Source of the DNA: Mycolicibacterium smegmatis
Lineage (GTDB): Bacteria; Actinomycetota; Actinomycetes; Mycobacteriales; Mycobacteriaceae
NCBI RefSeq assembly: GCF_001457595.1
Contig: NZ_LN831039.1
Location: 5,130,001-5,162,000 of the forward strand
DNA: 32,000 bases
Direction of reading: 5' to 3'
The notes under the pieces were generated by a model. That model made no database searches. It saw only the letters and a list, made by a program, of their open reading frames with translations, and was not told the origin of the DNA. The first letter of the stretch is position 1, and each line of letters begins with the position of its first letter. Shown here one piece after another: positions 26,718 to 32,000 of the stretch. The position numbers and the translations under genes were made by a program.

Positions 26718-28459
26718 TTCACCTTCCGGTGTGGCTTGTACTTGCCCGAAGGCTTGCCCGCCCCTTCCCGTCGCGGTCCACGGTCAGGCTGCAGGTTGAT
26801 CAACACCCCGGAGATGCGGGTGTTCTCAAGCGCTTTGAGCGTCTTCTTCGGCAGCTTCTCCGGCAACTCCACCAGCGAGTAGTCCAGGCGGATGGTGATA
26901 TGGCCGAACTCGTTGCGGTGCAGTCCGCCCTCGTTGGCGATCGCGCCCACGATGTGGCCGGGGCCGACCTTGTGGCGCTTGCCGACGTCGATGCGGTAGG
27001 TCGCAAGGCCTTCGCGCGGCGGGCGCTCCTTGCGCGGACCCCGGTCGCCGCGGTCGTCGCGGTCGCGGTCACGGTCACGCCGCTTGTCCGGCGGCGGTTC
27101 GGTCATGAGGAACTCTTCGCCGTTGCGCGTCTGCACCGCGAGCGCCGCGGCGATGTCGGCCAGCGGCACGTTGCTCTCGCGCTCGTAGTCCTCGATGAGA
27201 CGACGGAACAGGTCGATGCCCGGTGCGTTGAGCGAATCGCTGATCGAGTCGCGGAACTTCGCGACGCGCTGGGCATTGACGTCCTCGACGCTGGGCAGCT
27301 CGGCTTCGATGAGCTTGGACCGCGTGGCCTTCTCGATCGACTTGAGCAGGTGACGCTCACGCGGGGTCACGAACAGCACCGCGTGCCCCGACCGTCCGGC
27401 ACGGCCCGTGCGGCCGATGCGGTGCACGTAGGACTCGGTGTCGTGAGGGATGTCGTAGTTGATGACGTGCGAGATCCGCTCCACGTCCAGACCACGCGCG
27501 GCGACGTCGGTCGCGATCAGGATGTCGATCGTGCCGTCCTTGAGCGCGGAGATGGTGCGTTCGCGCTGCGCCTGGTTGATGTCGCCGTTGATCGCGGCCG
27601 CGGCGAACCCGCGGGCCTTGAGACGGTCGGCGACCTCCTCGGTGGCCTGCTTGGTACGGACGAACACGATCATCGCGTCGCCCTCCTCGACCTCGAGGAT
27701 GCGGGTCAGCGCGTCCATCTTGCGCGGGCCGGCCACCTGGATGAACCGCTGTGAGATGTTCTCGGCCGTGGCGGTTTTCGCCTTGACCGTGACCTCGACC
27801 GGATCGTGCAGGTACTTGGTGGTGATCTTGCGGATCGCCGCGGGCATGGTCGCCGAGAACAGCGCGACCTGCTTGTACTCGGGGGTGTCGGCGAGGATCC
27901 GCTCGACCTCCTCGGCGAAGCCCATGGTGAGCATCTCGTCGGCCTCGTCGAGCACCAGGTAGTCGAGCTTCGACAGGTCCAGCGTGCCGCGTTCGAGATG
28001 GTCGATCACGCGGCCGGGCGTGCCCACCACCACCTGCGCGCCGCGGCGCAGGCCGGACAGCTGCACGGTGTAGGACGAGCCGCCGTAGATCGGCAGCACG
28101 TTGACCTGGGGCAGGTGCGAGCCGTAGCGGCCGAAGGCCTCCGCGACCTGCAGCGCGAGCTCACGAGTCGGGGCCAGCACCAGGGCCTGGGTGTCCCTGC
28201 GCGACGTGTCGATCTTCGACAGGATCGGGATGGCGAACGCCGCGGTTTTGCCCGTACCGGTCTGGGCCAGGCCCACCACGTCGGAGCCCGCGAGCATGGG
28301 AGGAATGGTTGCGGCCTGGATCGCCGACGGCGATTCGTAGCCGACGTCGGTGACCGCCTGCAGCACGGCGGGGTGAATCTGCAGGTCGGCGAAAGTCGGT
28401 TCAGTAGGGGCCGAATCCGAGTTGGTTACCGGACTCGGATCCGGTTCTTGCGAGGTCAT
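26714..28459 (-). CDS. deaD: DEAD-box ATP-dependent RNA helicase DeaD/CsdA with C-terminal DbpA-like RNA-binding domain
   Basis: 581 aa. Q-motif FADLQIHPAVLQAV..PSAIQ, AQTGTGKT, PTRELA, the DEAD box (LVLDEADEM), SAT and HRIGRTGRAG. Arg/Asp-rich linker (RRDRDRDRDDRGDRG) and C-terminal HIVGAIANEGG. Confidence 0.95.
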   Translation of the reverse strand: MTSQEPDPSPVTNSDSAPTEPTFADLQIHPAVLQAVTDVGYESPSAIQAATIPPMLAGSDVVGLAQTGTGKTAAFAIPILSKIDTSRRDTQALVLAPTRELALQVAEAFGRYGSHLPQVNVLPIYGGSSYTVQLSGLRRGAQVVVGTPGRVIDHLERGTLDLSKLDYLVLDEADEMLTMGFAEEVERILADTPEYKQVALFSATMPAAIRKITTKYLHDPVEVTVKAKTATAENISQRFIQVAGPRKMDALTRILEVEEGDAMIVFVRTKQATEEVADRLKARGFAAAAINGDINQAQRERTISALKDGTIDILIATDVAARGLDVERISHVINYDIPHDTESYVHRIGRTGRAGRSGHAVLFVTPRERHLLKSIEKATRSKLIEAELPSVEDVNAQRVAKFRDSISDSLNAPGIDLFRRLIEDYERESNVPLADIAAALAVQTRNGEEFLMTEPPPDKRRDRDRDRDDRGDRGPRKERPPREGLATYRIDVGKRHKVGPGHIVGAIANEGGLHRNEFGHITIRLDYSLVELPEKLPKKTLKALENTRISGVLINLQPDRGPRREGAGKPSGKYKPHRKVK

Positions 28460-28549
28460 CGACTATGCAGTCTAGTGCCAATAGAGTGTTTCCCCCGCCG
28501 CCGCGCGCCTGACCGGGCCCCGAGGGTGTGCGAGGTAGGTTGCGCAACT

Positions 28550-29089
28550 GTGAAAAAGGTCGCCGGAGTCGTGCTCGCCACACTCGCGCTGGCCGGCTGC
28601 GGGGGCGGCGATTCGACGGTTTCGAAGACGCCGGGACCCACCGCGAGCCAGCCCGCGACGGCAGCACCTGAAACCACAGTCGCCGCCCCTGCGCCCACGT
28701 CGGCCGAACCCGATCCGTGCACGGTCAACCTGGCCGCACCGGAGATCGCGCGTGCGGTGTCCGAACTGCCGAGGGACCCGCGCAGCAACCAGGCGTGGAG
28801 CCCCGAGCCGATCGCGGGCAACTACAACGAGTGCGCGCAACTGTCGGCGGTGATCGTGCGGGCCAACACCAACGCCGAGAACCCCAACACCAGGGCCGTG
28901 CTGTTCCACCTGGGCAAGTTCATCCCCACGGGCGTGCCCGACACCTACGGGTTCAACGACATCGACAAGACGCAGAGCACGGGCGACACCGTGGCCCTGC
29001 AGTACTCCGGCGGGTTCCACGGGCTGCCCAGCACCGTGCGGTTCCGGTGGAACGGCAGCGGGGTCGAGCTGATGGGCAACGTCGGTTGA
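28550..29089 (+). CDS. lprE: Lipoprotein, LprE-like
   Basis: GTG at 28550. VKKVAGVVLATLALAGC|GGG lipobox, a Pro/Ala/Thr-rich linker, then CTVNLAAPEIARAVSELPRDPRSNQAWSPEPIAGNYNECAQLSAV, resembling my recollection of M. tuberculosis LprE. The upstream part of the tracked ORF (27806-28549) is antisense to deaD and is rejected. Confidence 0.7.
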   Translation: MKKVAGVVLATLALAGCGGGDSTVSKTPGPTASQPATAAPETTVAAPAPTSAEPDPCTVNLAAPEIARAVSELPRDPRSNQAWSPEPIAGNYNECAQLSAVIVRANTNAENPNTRAVLFHLGKFIPTGVPDTYGFNDIDKTQSTGDTVALQYSGGFHGLPSTVRFRWNGSGVELMGNVG

Positions 29090-29113
29090 GGTGGGCTGAG
29101 GTGGGCTGAGGTG
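29087..29113. repeat. 2.7 copies of a 10-bp tandem repeat (TGAGGTGGGC), placing TGA in all three forward frames
   Basis: Units are at 29087-29096, 29097-29106 and 29107-29113. The TGA triplets at 29087, 29097 and 29107 fall in frames 2, 0 and 1. The first is the lprE stop. Confidence 0.85.
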
Positions 29114-29139
29114 TCGGCCCGCTGCCCTACGCTGGCACC

Positions 29140-32000
29140 GTGTTCGTCACCGAGGACGGCGGTAGCGGACCGCGGGTGATCTACAGCGCGTCGGACCTCG
29201 CGGCCGCCGCGCGCTGTGAGTACGCGCTGCTGCGGGCGTTCGACGCCCAGCTGGGACGCGGACCGGCGGTGTCTTCGGAGGACGAACTTCTCAAGCGCAC
29301 CGCGCAACTCGGCGGGGAGCACGAACAGCGGCATCTCGACGAGTTGCGCGAGGGCTCGGAGATCACGGTCATCGGGCGCCCGCGCTACACCGTGCCGGGC
29401 CTCACGGCCGCGGCCAACGCGACGCTCGCCGCGGTCACCCAGCGTGCACCGGTGATCTATCAGGCCGCGATGTTCGACGGGCGGTTCGCCGGGTTCGCGG
29501 ATTTCCTGATCCTCTCCGACGGGCAGTACCGCCTGCGCGACACCAAGCTGGCCCGCTCGGTCAAGGTCGAGGCGCTGCTGCAGCTCGCGGCGTACAGCGA
29601 GACGCTGAGCGCCGCGGGCGTACCCGTCGCGCCGGAGGTCGAACTGGTGCTCGGCGACGGCGCCGTCGCCACCTACCCCGTCGACGAACTGCTGCCCGTG
29701 TACCGGCCGCGCCGCGCGGCGCTTGAGCACCTGCTCGACGCGCACCTGGCCTCCGGGGAACCGGTCAGCTGGGAGGACACCGAAATCCGCGCGTGCTTCC
29801 GCTGCCCCGAGTGCGAGGTCCAGGTGCGTGCGCACGACGACCTGCTGCTCGTCGCGGGTATGCGCACCAGCCAGCGCGCCCGGTTGATCGACGCGGGCAT
29901 CACCACGGTCGCCGATCTCGCCGCGCGTCGCGACGACGAGCCGGTCGAGGGCCTGCACCCACGCATCGCGCAGGGGCTGACCGCGCAGGCGCGGTTGCAG
30001 CGCGCACCGCGGACCGGCAAGAAACCGCCGTACGAGGTGGTGGACCCGCAGCCGCTCATGTCGCTGCCCAACCCCGACCGCGGTGATCTGTTCTTCGACT
30101 TCGAGGGTGACCCGCTGTGGACCGACGACGGCGTGCAGTGGGGCCTGGAGTACATGTTCGGCGTGCTGGGCACCGCGCCGCGGGCCGACGAGGACTTCCA
30201 CCCGCTGTGGGCCCACAACCGCCGCGAGGAGCGGCAGGCGCTGCGCGACTTCCTGGCGCTGGTGCGCAAACGCCGCAAGCGTCATCCGCACATGCACGTC
30301 TACCACTACGCGGCGTACGAGAAGACCGCGCTGCTGCGCCTGGCCGGGCGTTACGGCGAAGGCGAGGACGAGGTCGACGAACTGCTGCGCGCAGGTGTGC
30401 TGGTGGACCTGTATCCGCTGGTGCGCAAGAGCATTCGCGTGGGAACCGAGAACTACAGCCTGAAATCCCTTGAGCCGCTGTACATGGGTGCGCAGTTGCG
30501 TGACGGCGACGTCACCACCGCGACCGATTCCATCACGCAGTACGGGCTCTACTGCACGCTGCGCGCCGAGGGCCGCGACGACGAGGCCGCGCTGGTGCTC
30601 AAGGAGATCGAGGATTACAACCTCTACGACTGCGTGTCGACGCGCAAGCTGCGGGACTGGCTGATCAACCGGGCGATCGAGTGCAGCGTGCCGCCCCTTG
30701 GCGCGCAACCGGTCGGCCGCGACACCGCACCCGAACCCGAGGACCAGATCGCGCGCACGCTGCGCCGCTTCGTCGGCGACGACGAGCGCACCCCGCAGCA
30801 GCAGGCTGTCGCCATGATCGCGGCCGCGCGGGGCTACCACCGTCGCGAGGACAAGCCGTTCTGGTGGAGCCACTTCGACCGGCTCAACCACCCGGTCGAG
30901 GAATGGTCTGACGGCGCAGGCGTTTTCGTCGCCGACACCGCGCACGTCGAGGTCGACTGGCACACCCCGCCGCGGGCGCGCAAGCCCCAGCGGTGGGTGC
31001 GCCTCACCGGCGCCATGGCCGCCGGGGAACTCAGCCGCGAGATGTACGCGCTCTACGAGCCGCCGGCCCCCTCCGGCTTGACCGACGATCCCGAGCGCCG
31101 CGCGTTCGGGTCGGTCCAGGTGCTCGAGGCCGACGATGCGTCCGCACCCACCGAGGTGCTGATCTGCGAGCGGGAACCCAAGGAGGGCGGCACCTTTCAC
31201 CAGTTGCCGTTCGCGCTGACGCCGGGCCCGCCCATCCGCACCACCGCGCTGCAGAATTCCATCGAGGCCACGGCCGCGCAGATCGCCGAAGGACTTCCCC
31301 GGCTACCCGGCAACGCCGTCGTCGACATCCTGCTGCGCAGGCCGCCGCGCACCCGCAGCGGCGGCCCGCTGCCACACGGCCAGGCAGCCAAGCACGAGCT
31401 GATCACCGCGGCACTGCTCGACCTCGACTCGTCCTACCTCGCGGTGCACGGTCCACCCGGCACGGGCAAGACATTCACGTCTGCGGCCGTGATCGCACGG
31501 CTGGTCAATCGACACCATTGGCGCATCGGCGTGGTCGCACAGGCACATGCCGTGGTGGAGAACCTTTTCCGCGACGTCATCGCCGCGGACGTGCCGGCCG
31601 ACGCCGTGGCCAAGAAGCCCCATGGTGACAACGCGTGCTGGACCGAACTGAGCGAGAAGGAATATCCCGACTTCCTCGATCAGCACACCGGCACCGGCTG
31701 CGTGATCGGCGGCACCGCATGGGATTTCGCGAACCCGGTACGCATCCCGCCCGGCAGTCTGGATCTGCTGGTGGTCGAGGAGGCCGGCCAGTACAGCCTG
31801 GCCAACACCATCGCGGTCGCCCCCGCGGCGCACAACCTGCTGCTGCTGGGCGACCCGCAGCAGCTCCCCCAGGTCAGCCAGGGCACACATCCCGAACCCG
31901 TCGACACCTCGGCGCTGGGCTGGCTCGTGGACGGCCACCACACGCTGCCCGCCGAACTCGGCTACTTCCTGGACTGCTCGTACCGCATGCACCCCGCGGT
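29140..32000 (+). CDS. Large multidomain enzyme: Fe-S PD-(D/E)xK RecB/Cas4/Dna2-type nuclease plus RNase-H-like (TM0106-type) exonuclease domain plus SF1B (Dna2/NAM7-like) helicase; 3' end outside window (Rv1251c-like)
   Basis: This ORF is not in the supplied track because it has no stop in the window. Frame 1 is open from the TGA at 29107 to the end, and the first start is the GTG at 29140 (VFVTEDGGSGPRVIYSASDLAAAARCEYALL). Nuclease motifs: FAGFADFLIL, RLRDTKLARS (DxK), LLQLAAY, and Cys ligands ARCEY plus CFRCPEC. Exonuclease-like motifs: DLFFDFEGDP, YHYAAYEKTAL, YNLYDCVST. Helicase motifs: GPPGTGKTFT (31450s), LLVVEEAGQ, LLLLGDPQQLPQV. Third-position GC favours this frame over the 751-aa antisense ORF. 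Confidence 0.85.
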   Translation, partial: MFVTEDGGSGPRVIYSASDLAAAARCEYALLRAFDAQLGRGPAVSSEDELLKRTAQLGGEHEQRHLDELREGSEITVIGRPRYTVPGLTAAANATLAAVTQRAPVIYQAAMFDGRFAGFADFLILSDGQYRLRDTKLARSVKVEALLQLAAYSETLSAAGVPVAPEVELVLGDGAVATYPVDELLPVYRPRRAALEHLLDAHLASGEPVSWEDTEIRACFRCPECEVQVRAHDDLLLVAGMRTSQRARLIDAGITTVADLAARRDDEPVEGLHPRIAQGLTAQARLQRAPRTGKKPPYEVVDPQPLMSLPNPDRGDLFFDFEGDPLWTDDGVQWGLEYMFGVLGTAPRADEDFHPLWAHNRREERQALRDFLALVRKRRKRHPHMHVYHYAAYEKTALLRLAGRYGEGEDEVDELLRAGVLVDLYPLVRKSIRVGTENYSLKSLEPLYMGAQLRDGDVTTATDSITQYGLYCTLRAEGRDDEAALVLKEIEDYNLYDCVSTRKLRDWLINRAIECSVPPLGAQPVGRDTAPEPEDQIARTLRRFVGDDERTPQQQAVAMIAAARGYHRREDKPFWWSHFDRLNHPVEEWSDGAGVFVADTAHVEVDWHTPPRARKPQRWVRLTGAMAAGELSREMYALYEPPAPSGLTDDPERRAFGSVQVLEADDASAPTEVLICEREPKEGGTFHQLPFALTPGPPIRTTALQNSIEATAAQIAEGLPRLPGNAVVDILLRRPPRTRSGGPLPHGQAAKHELITAALLDLDSSYLAVHGPPGTGKTFTSAAVIARLVNRHHWRIGVVAQAHAVVENLFRDVIAADVPADAVAKKPHGDNACWTELSEKEYPDFLDQHTGTGCVIGGTAWDFANPVRIPPGSLDLLVVEEAGQYSLANTIAVAPAAHNLLLLGDPQQLPQVSQGTHPEPVDTSALGWLVDGHHTLPAELGYFLDCSYRMHPA

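Noticed and set aside
27806-28549. Upstream 248 codons of the 427-aa ORF that contains lprE
   Set aside because: This part is antisense to deaD. The lipoprotein signal peptide and lipobox begin at the GTG at 28550.
29087-29113. Short tandem repeats (here and at 2902-2937), considered as CRISPR or VNTR-type arrays
   Set aside because: The units are 10-12 bp and directly adjacent with no spacers, and there are no cas genes. They are simple tandem repeats, reported as such.
28945-31200. 751-aa ORF on the minus strand, the longest entry in the track for this region
   Set aside because: It is Arg/Gly/Ala/Val-rich with no recognisable motifs. It lies exactly antisense to a plus-strand frame that carries clear nuclease, exonuclease and helicase motifs and G/C-rich third positions. 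This is a typical shadow ORF of a high-GC genome.

Overview
Very GC-rich actinobacterial chromosome (about two-thirds G+C by eye, not computed). Gene content and order look like a fast-growing Mycolicibacterium, M. smegmatis-like. The window is almost fully coding: I call 32 protein-coding loci (one a probable pseudogene, two running off the window ends). I found no rRNA, tRNA, CRISPR array or transposase.

Left to right:
- A copper-homeostasis island: DUF305 lipoprotein, CsoR/RicR-type operator, copZ, an uncharacterised secreted two-domain His-tailed protein and a P1B Cu-ATPase. It sits next to an Rv1264-type pH-sensing adenylyl cyclase.
- A 2,3-butanediol/acetoin dehydrogenase operon with an AcoR-like GAF regulator that lacks a sigma-54 module. 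It is divergent from a long type-II FMO/Baeyer-Villiger-like monooxygenase, with a 33-bp four-hexamer palindrome between them.
- A polysaccharide deacetylase, a family-6 hypoxanthine-DNA glycosylase, and a DUF222/HNH (REP13E12-like) selfish-type gene whose 3' end overlaps an AraC gene.
- A conserved mycobacterial backbone that, from memory, matches M. tuberculosis Rv1262c to Rv1251c: HIT, F420-type FDOR, UdgB, a decayed Tap-like MFS pump, GlcD-like oxidase, cyp130 and TetR, acyltransferase, deaD, lprE. It ends in a large Fe-S PD-(D/E)xK nuclease / RNase-H-like / SF1B helicase (Dna2-like) gene that runs off the right end.

Best leads:
- the Dna2-like three-domain enzyme;
- the unknown copper-operon exoprotein;
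- the butanediol/FMO module and its operator;
- an IdeR-box-like site upstream of a siderophore-interacting reductase;
- the frameshifted MFS pump.

All function calls rest on reading motifs in the supplied translations and on recalled family knowledge. No database search was run.
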